Positions 30,972 to 44,094 of a DNA stretch of 64,000 nt are shown one piece after another. Source of the DNA: Eledone cirrhosa (taxonomy: Eukaryota). The notes beneath the pieces were generated by a model. It was not told where the DNA came from. It worked only from the letters and a program-made list of their open reading frames with translations, and searched no databases. Both the position numbers and the translations under genes were made by a program. The DNA lies in contig OZ024743.1 of NCBI GenBank assembly GCA_964016885.1, forward strand, positions 17,918,001 to 17,982,000, read 5' to 3'. How positions within the stretch are numbered: position 1 is the first letter of the stretch; each line of letters begins with the position of its first letter.

Positions 30972-31452
30972 GGACAATGTTTAACACCGACGGCAGAGCT
31001 CAAGCCGTTTCGACGGCTATTTCTGGACTGGACCTTTTACACACTCTACTACACTAAGTATTGAGTACAATGTTGCGTTATGGTCCATCTGGTTCCTTAC
31101 CACACTTCCTTCGTTATATATATATATATATATATATAAATATACATACACACACGCGCGCGCGCGCGCGCATATATGTATATATATATATATATAATTA
31201 GTAATAATAATAAACGTGATGACTAAAATCCAAATATATATCAAATATATAAGAAACCTAGAGCAAGTATTTATTAAAATAACAGATCAATGTTTAAGCA
31301 AAGAATCGCTGCTTTCACACCTTACGGGATCTTCTGAAGCTATATATATGTATATAATTTTGAGTATGTGTTATTTACCGATATCTCAGTATGCAGTTTA
31401 GAGCACTCAACGTTGTGCCTAGTGTGGTCTGTTTACTCCGGAATAATGTAAA

Positions 31453-31900
31453 AACAAGAAGTGTAACTCATCAGGGTAAAATTAGCTTCGTATATTCATA
31501 TTCGCTGCTATATATATTTCAGTGATAGCCATTATTCAACAGCTATGGCTCCATCAAGCAGTAAGAATTTGAACAGAAAAAACAAGAAAACTTAATATTG
31601 TAACGGATTTTATATTTTTAATTGATTGATAAGCCCAGCTCCAGGGTGTGATTTTAGTCCTCCAAGGAACTGAAAGCATATCCTTACAGGACTAATAAAA
31701 CATCTTAGAGTTGGGCATATCAAATATTTAACAAGGTAAAATCCATTACAACATTATGTTTTTCTGTTTTTTTCTATTCAAGTTATTACTACCTGATGAC
31801 GTCATATCTGTTGTATAATGGCTATCTCTGATATAGCTATATATAACAGCTAATATGAATATAGGAAGCTAATTTAACATGTTGACTTACACTTCTTGTT
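31453..31900. mobile_element. Older diverged fold-back element with a degenerate HHR
   Basis: ~31453-31612 mirrors ~31737-31900. The arm consensus is ctgc-CTGATGA...GAAA-tatata-TA-gcag. Confidence 0.7.
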
Positions 31901-32453
31901 CATATATATATATATATATATATGCATATATAAATGTATTCTCTTTGTTATATTGATATTATAAGTAACAGGTGATATATTCCAGTATCTTCCGACACTT
32001 GAAATATAATTAGTTTTTGTTGTTGAGATAATTACATATATTAATTAGAATATAAGTATACAACTATGAGATGATATGTTATCTACTATTAACAATCAGC
32101 TGACTGACGTTAGGCAGTTATATAATAATAGGAATATATTTGAGGGAATGTCATGTGGCAAATGTGATAATGTGCTTGGCCCACCCTTGACATCTATGAC
32201 AAACTATATCAATGCAATATTTATGCTATATCACAACAAGTACAACTTTGGGGAGATCTAATGTGTTATACAGTAAAAATTCAATCAATTACTTCTCAAT
32301 ACACCAATAACTATCATGAGAAAACAATTCAATCGTATTTTATTTGCATCACAAGTAGGATAAATACGCAATCCTCGTGTAAATATGTGTAAATTGAAGT
32401 TGATGTTTATTACGGTATGTCGAATATATTTATCTATAAAACTGTTTATATTG

Positions 32454-32519
32454 TATTTTGTCTGATGAAGGCATAGCATATTGTTAATATGATATCCCCG
32501 AAATATATATAATGAAATA
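32454..32519 (+). ncRNA. Type I hammerhead motif (copy with CTAATGA at ~35950-36015)
   Basis: tattttgt-CTGATGA-agg..catatt gtt aatatg..ccc-GAAA-tatata-TA-atgaaata. Confidence 0.68.
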
Positions 32520-32557
32520 GATATGGTTTTATAAATATAGTTTTCCATTTATTTAAT

Positions 32558-32719
<162 letters not shown>

Positions 32720-34164
32720 CACACAGAGAGAGGGGGTATTAAATGGCCATATGTGCTTGCATTCACCTTTGCTTCCTCTACGTTTTTATCTGTATGACAC
32801 CCGATCGACTAAAATCTGGATTGCGTATGCGGGGCCGGTTATTCCTATATGATCATAATTAAATGTTCGTTCAAGGTTGACCATTCTGCTGAAGAAATCG
32901 ATAAGCGATGTTTCGAAGGTTTCAATCTAGATCGGTGAAACAGGGAACTTAAGATTATTCCCTTACCACAGACAATATTTTACACGTTTAACTATGTTTG
33001 GAAATAACCCTGTTTAGTGCAACACAGACTTGCAAACCAATAGAAGTACACTAAGAATTATATTTCTACCCCTATCTTTACCTATATATCTGTATAATTT
33101 CCCTATTCCTTCTATGTTTATACTTCTGTATATATGTAAGCACATTTCTGACTATGTGTAATTACCCTCGTGCAGAATCTGAAAATTCTATTACATTTTC
33201 TAGCAACTATTTTATTGCATCTATTATGTATACATTACTTTACTTCTTGTATCATCACAATTAATCGACAGTTTCTTTTATATTTTTATATCTTGCATAG
33301 ATTTATATCTTGACAATGTTGTTTTCATATTTTATGTTCATTTCTTATGCTTTAATTATCTTCAATTTAAATTATTCTTAATTGAACTTTATGTTTCACA
33401 TTCTTGTAGTTATTTAGGTTATTTTGGCTCCACTTACACTAATTATTTGTCTTTATCAATCAGTAATATCTACTTATCTGTTAGACACCTTAACTGGGAG
33501 ATTTCACTGTTGTCTACGGCAAACTGTAGCGAACATTCCAACTGTCCACACGTCACACCGGACATTACCTTCATATCAAAATATTTCGCATTGACTCTTC
33601 GTTCATCAAGTGTATGAATCTCCTAGGTCGAGAGATTGGACATTTTGATAATCTCCAATGAGCTATAGATAAGCGTGGACCTAGCGATGAAGAAGCGCTG
33701 TCACACATTATGGGAATGTTTTAGTCTGTTAAAATGTAACTTATATTGACTTTCCCGTAAAGCTATATCTTTACCTATTTTAAGTATAATTATTTTAATT
33801 ATATTCATTTAATTAAAACCTGAATTTAATTGAATTTATTTCATGTATATTTCATGTTTTAGTTTTAATATATACCAAACTCTCTTTCACTGTTAACCCG
33901 TCTCCCCCAAGTAACCTTAGCGGCATGAGGAGGTGATATATGTTAATTCTACTATAGTACCCAGTGTTAGACAGGGAGCATTAGAAGGCAGTCTACTTGC
34001 AGAATGTTTATTTTATCATGTAAATACATTTTAATAGAAAAAGAAAAAATACAACGAAAAGTTAGATATGTAAAATAGGAAAATACGAAATAAAAGAGCA
34101 TAAGAAAGAAATGGAAAGGTCAAGGAATGGCAATGTCACAAAGGAAATGGGGGGTATTCCGGTG

Positions 34165-34650
34165 GTGGAGGACAATACAGCAAAGGCATTCCTGCGGACA
34201 ATAGCCAGCGATACCACTGGAACAGCCAGCCCGCCTCAGATTGGCAGTCGATGTTCCGCTCTTGCTCAGTAGCTCGACTGTGTGGGGCTAAGGAGGCCTG
34301 TGGTCTCAACGGCGACTGGTGCCAAGAGAAAGCGACTGAACTGTCCCAGTTATTCGTTTATTTTCCGTACATCTAACAAGGCGGGCCGCGGTACAGAGGG
34401 TTGTGGCCGGAGTGAAACATTTGGAGTAGGAGAAGTTATCGCAACAGCTGGCCTCCCAGGTGAAGGAGAAACCTTAATTCAATGGGAAGAGCGTGACTCC
34501 ATCGCGAAGCTTGCCGCCTCTGCGGTCAAGGCTTGCTGGCTCTAGTTGTGATAGAAGGCCAGCTATGTCGAAGCTCCTTCTCAGTATGTCTTTGTGAGCG
34601 ACGTCTCGGGGTAACGATGACTTGCTTGTGTTGACATCTAGCGGACATAA
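34165..34650 (-). mobile_element. Decayed CRE-like non-LTR retrotransposon, restriction-like endonuclease end
   Basis: DILRRS...AG..SQLEPASLDR..GK..DGVTLFP...W, APVAVETTG and SLAIVRRNAFAVL resemble the REL domain of CRE-clade elements. Confidence 0.75.
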
Positions 34651-35228
34651 CATGAGATAGGTGACAAAATACATTCCAACAATAACACTAGGGGTTAAAG
34701 AGGGGTCCTCTGTCATAAGATCAACAACAACACATTCCATCAGTCCGCTATATCATAGCAACAACAACAAACAAATGCATTCAAGGAAACTTTTTTACAT
34801 TTCTGAAATATGTTAAATTCTGTGAAAGTGATTTATGATTTATATAGCAAATGAAAAGAGGGGCTAGTGAAATGGAGAGGAAGACAATTACATAGTCGTC
34901 CATATCAGTAAAATATATGTCAAGGAGATGAAAATACACCTGAAACAAACTGCATATAGCCTTCGATGTAAGAAGAACTTTATAATGATCCGGCTTGTCC
35001 AAATTATTCATGTCGTTGAGCACTACATGTTATATTATCTTCATCACAGCTGTCTAACTTAAATACGAATTGAATATCCGTCGCAAGATAACCCCATATT
35101 ATAATTATATATATATATATATATATATAACACCATAGCAAATATTTATCAAAATAACAGATTAAACTTTAAACAAAGAATCGTTGCTTTCACTTATAAT
35201 GATTCTTTGCTTAAACGTTAATCTGTTA

Positions 35229-35299
<71 letters not shown>

Positions 35300-35415
35300 G
35301 AAAATGACTTACATTTCTAACTCTTAGTACGGCTCTATACTTGTATATAAGTATGTATACGTACATACATATATGTATACAGACGTACAGTAGTATGTAT
35401 ATATATACATACATG

Positions 35416-35476
<61 letters not shown>

Positions 35477-35802
35477 GTATGAGTTTACCGAACATTTATT
35501 ACAATACTCGGTTTGTTTGTGATGATGACAGCTAATAAGCTAGAAACTAGTTCATCGTTCCTTAGTCAATGTTGAACAAAAGGTCACCGATGGTTACCGA
35601 AAACTGTACGGCTAATAATTCGGGCTGCTTGTTTACAAACAAACCGAGCATTATAATAAATGTTCGGTAAACCCATATGTACATGTATATATATATATAC
35701 ATATATATATGTGTGTGCATGTATGTATGTATTAACATTCTAGTATACGTCAGTATACGTATATGTATGTACCTATACATACTTATATGTATATATATAT
35801 TC

Positions 35803-35886
<84 letters not shown>

Positions 35887-36053
35887 AAAGTTATATTTAA
35901 AATAGTTGGGTTACAACTAGTAAATATTTATAACTGGTATTTTATATTGTATTTTGTCTAATGAAGGCTTAGCATATTGTTAATATGATATCCCCGAAAT
36001 ATATATAATGAAATAAATATGGTTTTATAAATATAGTTTTCCATTTATTTAAT

Positions 36054-36095
<42 letters not shown>

Positions 36096-36213
36096 TAAAC
36101 GGAATAGAAAATGGTGACAAATTGTTCACAGTTGAAAAATGGTTTAATTAGGAATAAAAGAGTATTAGTGATTGTATGGGTTAGTATTCAGTTGTGGTTT
36201 TAAGTTTTTAAGT

Positions 36214-36250
36214 TTTTACCGGTTGCGCATTTCTAAATGCTTTTCAAAAA
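36214..36250 (-). ncRNA. HHR-like motif in the pLTR (second copy 40897-40932)
   Basis: ttt-TTGAAAA-gcattt ag aaatgc-GCAA-ccgg-TA-aaa. U3-A8 core, with GCAA in place of GAAA. Confidence 0.55.
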
Positions 36251-36561
36251 TAATTTTGAGATAGAGTGTCCGTGCTGTTTGCTCTGATGTGATTAGTTTT
36301 GGGTATTCTACCTATTTTTATGTTAAAAAAGTGGCTCCAATTTGCAAAAATTCTTGTGGTCAAAACAATTTTGATTGGTCGGTAGAGGTCATTTGAATAA
36401 AAAATTGGTTTTGCGCCAAGATTGAGAAATGACTCTTTCACAACAAATATGTGTGTGTGTGTATGTGTGAGTGTGTGTGTGTGTGTGTGTAGTAGTAGTA
36501 GTAAGGTGTTCGATGTTGTGATAATGGTTAGCAGCGATGTGTGTCAAATGACTATTAAGAT

Positions 36562-36604
<43 letters not shown>

Positions 36605-36807
36605 TGTGTGGGTGTGTGTGTGTGTGTGTATAGCAGAGTAATTTGTGGTGGCAGGGATGGACAGTAAGAATGTGTCTGAAAGCAATGGGGGGTATTTTAG
36701 CATGTCAAAAGATATTTTTCAGCTTTTGTCTTATACGGAGAAGTGCGTGTGTGTGTGTATATATAAGTATCTTTGTATGTTGATGTACGCGTGTGTATGT
36801 GTGTGTG

Positions 36808-36856
<49 letters not shown>

Positions 36857-37172
36857 ACCAGTATTTTTTTCCCCCTGGTAAAATGGTGTACATTATTCGA
36901 TTTTTTCAGTAAAATCGGTTCTCTTAATAGAACATGAAAAATCTTAACAAAAAAAGGTGTGAAATGATATTCACTATATATATATACACATACATATATT
37001 CACTATATATATATATATATATACATACATATATACATATATATATGCACATATATTTTTTGTGTTGCACCATAGAGCATGTGTGTTTACGTATGTCATT
37101 GTGTTTATATGTGGGTAGAGATGTGTGCTGATGTAGGTATGTATGTTGACGTGTGTATGTTGTGGGTTCGTC

Positions 37173-39500
37173 TTAGGGAGAAGTGTTTAGACGGGGTCCG
37201 TATTTGTTAATGAAGTAAGATTCCTTGCTGATGCGCTGGGTGTGGGTGGCATTATCTTTAAATTTGTAGAGGGGAAAGTTTCTGAAGTTGGGATGATTTT
37301 GGGCGGCACAGGTATCAATGTGTTCACTCAGTGGTATTTTCCTGTATTCCAGTATTTTGATTTGGGATCTATGGACAGTCATGCGTTGGCGGAGGCTGAA
37401 TTTGGTCTGGCCTATGTATTGTTCTCGACAACCTGAACAAGTTAATACATATATTAGATTTTCCGATGCACATGTGAAATTGTGTTTTACTATAAAATGT
37501 TGTCCATCTTTGAAATAGAATTCCGAACCCTCTATTAGGTTGATGCAAATGCCACAGTTGGGTCTATCGCATTATTTTACTGTGGGTTTCGTTGTTGTGG
37601 TTGGCAGTACTTTGGCATGTGTTAAGATGTTTTTCATTGACTTGGATTGTCTTTTGCTCTTTATGATATCGTGTGTTCGTAGAATTTGGTTCATTCTATG
37701 GTCTTTTTTCAATACAGGGATGTTCTGGAGGATGGTGTCAAAGGCCTCATTGTTGAGGGGGTTGTGTGTGGAGATGTATGGAAGAGCTTTTAGTTTTGGT
37801 TGATTTACTTTAGGGTGTCTAAGGTCCTGGGTACTGAGTTTTAGGGCACGTTGGATTCCATTGTCAATTAGTGATGCAGGGTAGTCCCTGCCTATGAGTG
37901 TGTCCTTTAGTTCTTGTAGCCGTAAGTAGCAGATGTTTTTATTGGAGACTATAGTACATATTCTCTTGGCTAAGTTGTAGGGAATATTAATTTTAACGTG
38001 TCTAGGGTGGCAGGAGTTGAAGGTTAGATATTGCTTGGAGTGTGTGGGCTTGTAGTATATGTCTGTTTCTTTTCTTTTTTTACGGATCTTAATGAGGATG
38101 TCGAGGAAGGGGAGTTGTTGATGGCTGTATTCCGTCGTGAAGTTGATATTTGTGTTGAGCCCATTTATAAGGGTGTGAAATTCTTTAAGTTTTTCGATGT
38201 TTTCGTGCCAAAGGATGAAGCAGTCATCTAGATATCGCTTCCAGTTCCTTTCAATGTGTAAGTGGAGGGTGTTTCCAAATTTGTTTAGGACTTTAGTGTA
38301 GAGCGTGATTTCCAGGTATCCCATGACTAGGTTGGCATAAGTGGGGGCTGTTTTCGTTCCCATAGCGGTCCCAGATTTCTGCCTGTAGGGTTTCTTATTG
38401 AAAACGAAATAATTGTTCTCCAAGATAAATTTGAGTCCCTCTATCACGAATTCTTTTTTGATGCGTTGTGGGAGTTCATTGTGGAAATTATCCAGCCAGA
38501 ATTGGATAGCTTCTATTCCTAGGTTGTGGGGGATGTTGGAGTATAGGTTGACTACATCGAACGTCACTAGTAGGGTTTGTTCAGAAAGGGGCATATTAGG
38601 GAGGTGATTGAGAATATCTTGGTCGTCCCTTATATAGCTTTTGGTGTGTTTGAGAAAAGGCTTGAGAAGGGTATCAATGAAGTTGCTAAGACGGTGCGTT
38701 TCGCAAGCGGGGCCTGCTATTATAGGTCTTAATTTGAGATCATTGGGTGAGGGGACATTGATGACTATGTCTGTGGCTTCCTTGCATGCCTTACTTATTG
38801 ATTCGCTTTTATGTACTCTAGGGATACCGTAGAAAAGGCTGGATTTACTTGTGAAGTCTGTGATGAAGCTGAATTCCTTGTTAGTGAGTCCTTTTTTGTA
38901 TTGGTTGATTAGAGTTTTTAGGTTTCTCATAATTTTCTGTTGATTGTAGTGTTCAGCCTTTTCGTAGTATGTTTCGTATTCCAAAGTGGAGAGCGCTAAG
39001 TTGATATAGAATTCTGTTTCCATTAGGACTACTGTACTTCCTTTATCAGCCTCTTTAATTGTAATGGTTCTGTCGGTTTTTAATCTATTTAATTCTTCCC
39101 ATTCTTTCTTGTTGAGGTTTGGCTTGTGTTTTTGTCTGTGCAAGTGTTGGTAAGGGAAGTTTGTGATGTGTTCACAGAATTCGTCCAGGATTTTATTTCT
39201 ACCTTTTGAAGGGGTGTAATTGCTTCTATTTCTGGCTAATGATTCATCCTCGTTGTGCTGGTCGAATAGTTGTTCACTAAGTCGTAACTTTCTACAGAAG
39301 TCTGTGATGTCTTCCTTCCTTTCATAGTAGTTAGGACGTAGTGGGGTCGGTGTGAATTTAAGACCTTTGGAGAGTAATTTGATAAGGTTGGGTGTTGGTT
39401 CTGCACTAGTAAGATTGATAATTGTTATTACTATCGGTTTCTCCTCCCTGTCTTGTCTTATTTTGTTTGCCTGTATCTGTGTGCTGTGTCTAAAAAATGG
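37173..39500 (-). pseudogene. PLE RT + GIY-YIG ORF with one in-frame TAA at 37572-37574
   Basis: IINLT...LLSKGLKFTPTP, ADKGS, FYGIPRVHK, RPII, FDVVNLYSNIP, GTAMGT..APTYANL, RYLDD, PFLDI and YYKPT. In frame after the stop: CDRPNCGIC...NLIYVLTCSGCREQYIGQT..LRQRM..H. Confidence 0.95.
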
Positions 39501-40708
39501 TTGGGGTAGATGGGTTGTCTGCTGATATTAAGTGGTCTCCTGTGTTTGTTATATTCCTTGGGGTGTTCCTGTACTGCGAGTATGGGTGTGTGTTTCTATG
39601 TGCCATGTTGTATTGTGGTGTTATAAGTGGCCTACGTTGTTGGTTGTATCGTGTGGTGTGGGTTTGTTGTGTATTGTGGAAGCGAGAGTTGAGAAAATGG
39701 TAATTACCTTGCTGTCCCCTTGAAGCGGGGAAGTTGTTACATCTATCATGGTGGTGGTATCTTTTCCCTATGTTTGACGATGAGGCATCCGCGTAGTAGT
39801 TGAGTGATTTGGTATGGTGTCTCCTTGAAGGGGGAAAGTTGTAAATGTCATTCTGGGGAGATGATTTCTTGGGTTTTTGTTCCTTCTTATGGTAGCGAGG
39901 TTGGGAAGTTCATCTTCGGTGTGGTGCTTCCTTCTTCGTTTGTTAGAGGCTTGGAGGTTTGAGAAGTTGTTGTGCGGTTCAGTTATGGGTTTTCCTATTT
40001 TTATGAACGGGTTATTGGAGGTGTAATCCGTTTGAAAATTCGATTCATAGTGTAGGAACCAAGCGGCACTTTTTTCCCAGCGTTGAAGGGATTTCAGTTC
40101 TTCTCTGTTGCAGTCCCCTTTCCATAATTTGGAGATCTTCTCTACCTTGGGGCCTTCAGTTTTGTTGTTGATTTCCAGGAGGATCTCTTCATCGATGGTT
40201 TTGATTTTTTCCTCAGTTTAAGAAGTTCAATTTCTGTCTTCATTTTTTCCAATGCCATTCTTTCCCTAAGGTGTCTTTGAGGTTCGGGTTCATTTGGAAT
40301 GGACTTTATTTGTAGTTTACGGGGGAGAGTTAGAGGGGTTGAGTTAAGCCATTTTTCATATATCTCTGCTTTGTTGTGATTTTGTATCATCTTCCAGAAT
40401 GAGAACTTTCTGTCTCTGAGGGATTTGTTCCATTTTGGAATTATTCGAATTTTCATTTTGTGTGAATCAATCTCACATGGTTCTTCGTTGTTTTTTCCTG
40501 GGTTGGTAGTAGTGAACATAGTTTGGATAGTATCGCAAAGGTTTTGGAGTTTGTCGCCGATTTCGGAGGGTTTGTATCCGGTGGCGGTTTCCTTATTTGT
40601 GGAGTCAAGTTTGTCGACCAGCAAAGATAGGTTGGTGTTGATTTTCTTGAGTTCCTGTAGGATCTCTTCATTTGAGTTGATGAGGGTTGTATCCGTTTTT
40701 GTTGGCAT
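39462..40708 (-). pseudogene. Upstream ORF1 of the PLE (frameshifted): coiled-coil-like N-terminus, R/N/Y/Q-rich C-terminus
   Basis: ATG at 40708 (MPTKTDT..EEILQELKKINTNLSLLVDKLD). Coding-like sequence continues across frameshifts to ..PNHFLDTAHRYRQTK*. Confidence 0.7.
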
Positions 40709-41088
40709 TTCTGTATCTCGTGTGAGGATATGATAGTTAAAAGAATAGAGGTGTAACACACAAGTTATTATATATTGGTAAACGGAATAGAAAATGCTGA
40801 CAAATTGTTCACAGTTGAAAAATGGTTTAATTAGGAACAAAAGAGTATTAGTGATTGTATGGGTTAGTATTCAGTTATGGTTTTAAGTTTTTAAGTTTTT
40901 ACCGGTTGTGCATTTCTAAATGCTTTTCAAAAATAATTTTCAGATAGAGTGTCCGTGCTGTTTGCTCTGATCTGATTAGTTTTGGGAATTCTACCTGTTT
41001 TTATGTTAAAAAAGTGGCTCCAATTTGCAAAAATTCTTGTTGTCAAAACAATTTTGATTGGTCGGTAGAGGTCATATATATATATAAA

Positions 41089-41446
41089 GGATGTCCTTCA
41101 TCAGTGATCTTCCAACCATCATAGGCATTTCATCGCTTTAAAGACCATATACCTCCGGTTGGTGCGAGCAACGGCTAAAAAAAGTCGTTGTGACACGTAA
41201 ATAAAGGGGACGCGAGGGTAAACAAACGAAATGGTGAAGCAACATACAGTGCTTCACCATTATGTTTGTTTACCCTCGCGTCCACTTTATTTACGTGTCC
41301 CAATGACTTTTTTTAGCCGTTGCTCGCACCAACCGGAGGTATATGGTCTTAAAAGCGATGAAATGCCTATGATGGTTGGAAGATCACTGATGAAGGACAA
41401 ACCTTTTTCATATGTAACCCATTTGCAACTCCACAGCGCCCTTATT

Positions 41447-41450
<4 letters not shown>
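41089..41450. mobile_element. Fold-back copy of the 56106-56917 family
   Basis: ~41093-41240 mirrors ~41252-41399, and both match 56106-56312. Confidence 0.88.
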
Positions 41451-41538
<88 letters not shown>

Positions 41539-41678
41539 AGGCAAAATGATGATTGCGATAATGCAACTGGAGTCTTTTTTTTTTAAATATATATATTTAG
41601 TTGGTTCCTTTGCCGGTTTCGCAGTTCTGCTTTTAAAAAGCAGATGGTGGGTTTGTGGTTTTTCATATATAATCATTA

Positions 41679-41729
<51 letters not shown>

Positions 41730-41789
41730 TAGATAGATAGATATATAGATATATATAGATATATAGATATATATATATAGATATAGATA

Positions 41790-42203
41790 TATGTGTATAT
41801 AATAATAAATAAAAAAATATATATATATTTGTGTGTACGCTACTATATAATATACGCGAGTGCAATGTACTAATATAATGAATAATGTATTGCCTTGTCC
41901 TCATTGATTAGAAATACATAACATATTTTCATGATGTAAGGTTGAGGATATATTCATTTGTCGAGGCTTAGGTTAGTCAATGCAATATCAAAGTGTCAAT
42001 ATGATGAAATGGATTACAGTTTTCTACATACAATTATCATATATAAAAAAGGTTTATTCATGCCACGCATTTTTATAATTTTATTATATTAGGGTATATA
42101 TGCTGTAAGAGGCTAATTAAAATTACAATACAAATTAATTATCTAAAACATGTTTCATCCCCGGCATTCACAGGAGAATCTTAGTAATAATTTGTTTATA
42201 TGA

Positions 42204-42283
<80 letters not shown>

Positions 42284-42336
42284 ATATATATATTTATATA
42301 TAAATATAAATATCTATATATCTATATCTATATCTG

Positions 42337-42394
<58 letters not shown>

Positions 42395-43330
42395 AGAAAA
42401 AAGAGAATCAGTGTTTCGACGAAAGGAAATTATTGGACATATTACAATTTTTTTGTCGGGTGACTAGCTGGAGGTACGATGGATGTGAGGATCAAACCTG
42501 ACTCTGAAATCGCGCGGTCCTCGGATACGTCTCCATTCTATGAAGCAAATTTTCCTATTGTCCTTTAGCATCGAATTGTTTCCTTTGTTGATTTAGATCC
42601 TGTCATTTTCATTCCACGAGTGCTCAATAATTGTACACGTCACCGGTATTTCTAGCCACTCATGTTTGCCCACTGTTTGGTTCTCCTCCTTTTCCACCTG
42701 TCAATCAGATGTTGAACACAGTATTATATGTCTCATATCACACTGTGTGCATCATCTGCACAGCTGCGCGTGGGAAAACGGACGAGGGACTACTCATCAA
42801 GTATATGCCTCCGGCGTTGTATCACGCGGATGCATGTATGTATGTGTGTCCACACAGACATGTATGAGCAGAGGTGTGTTCATTCCTGGGTCGATGTATT
42901 TGTCTGAGCATGTCTGAGTATATGGATGACTATCTATGGCATTTTCTATTTTCATCTGTCCTTATATGTTCGGCGTCTTGGCTATACGCGCTTCCATGAG
43001 TCCAGTGTATGGGTGTAGACTTGGGCGTGTTTGTTGAAAACACCTTTGATATAGCCTTTCTGATTGAAAGGTTGTTGGAAGCTTTCATTTAAAAACGGTT
43101 TTTTTTCATCTTTATCTTTTTGAAATAAGTAAAGTGGAGGGTAATCTAAGGGTGTGTCCTAGAAATGTTAGGCTAAATATCAGCATAATTTTTTTATTTT
43201 TTAATTCCCTCCAAACATTATTTATAATGACTGCCGCATGCAGCATAATTGCCGGTGTGTACCTGACCGCTGTGGAAGAGGGCGCCTATGGACAATGAAG
43301 ACGTCGAAGTGATGCCTACCGTTCAAGATT
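41790..43330. repeat. Segmental duplicate of ~45690-46103 plus ~47080-47908
   Basis: 41790-42208 matches 45690-46103, and 42528-43330 matches 47081-47908. Confidence 0.9.
42392..43330 (-). mobile_element. Highly decayed PLE-like 3' end (copy at 47080-47908, inverted piece at ~47940-48245, fragment at 27185-27310)
   Basis: TCLCGHTY remnant of the endonuclease. HHR motif at 42436-42531 (-) and 48107-48201 (+). Confidence 0.6.
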
Positions 43331-43348
43331 ACTGGGTTTCTCCCAACA

Positions 43349-43919
43349 TTTCTATGTTCTCTAATTTAGAGAACATAGAAATAAAAATAGAATCTACACA
43401 CAGAAAAGACGCAATGTTTAGACACATTACAGAGGCAATAAACATAAAAGAATTACAACCAAAATTAAATAGAAAATATGAGTGAAACAGCAACATCACA
43501 ACTTACAATTAAGGACAAAATGAAAACACACACACACATAGAACAAACAATCAACCAGTAACATGTAAATAAACAAATAAATAATTAAACATAAACACAC
43601 ACAGACACCCGGATGTGGCGCATGCGCAGACTGAGCAGACAACACTCACACAGAAACAAAATGGCGTAGGACAGAATAAAGGAGAGACACAGAAACAAAG
43701 AAAGGAATCCCCAGTCACTGAAGAGGTCACAGAGTGTGTGACGAAAGAACTATGACTATATATAAACAACTATCTGGTTGTGGAACCAACCAACCAACTA
43801 GAAATTTATAAATTTATAAATTTATGAATTTAAAAATGTATAAATATATAATAAATTGAAGTGAAAGCAACTGGTGCGTGTGTTTCTTATTGGCAACATG
43901 ACCCTCCAAAAGTATAACA

Positions 43920-43922
<3 letters not shown>
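43349..43922 (+). mobile_element. 3' fragment of the 6918-9245 PLE family, with an HHR at 43713-43757
   Basis: LENIEIKIESTHRKDAMFR..TEA matches ORF 8057. agtca-CTGAAGA-g gtcaca gagtg tgtgac-GAAA-gaac-TA-tgact. Confidence 0.9.
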
Positions 43923-43979
<57 letters not shown>

Positions 43980-44094
43980 CTCCAACCGGGATTGATTGAA
44001 GCATATTCTATATTACATATACGATTGGCACTTTCCAGCCCGATTAGTTGAGCACTCTACAGTTTTCAGGAATTTAACCAACATACACCATGGT

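Larger units (their letters stand above)
36090..41075 (-). mobile_element. Near full-length Neptune-like PLE with ~300-bp direct pLTRs
   Basis: 36090-36392 is repeated at 40774-41075. The repeats enclose ORF1, the RT-EN ORF and a microsatellite-rich 3' UTR. TA flanks. Confidence 0.95.
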
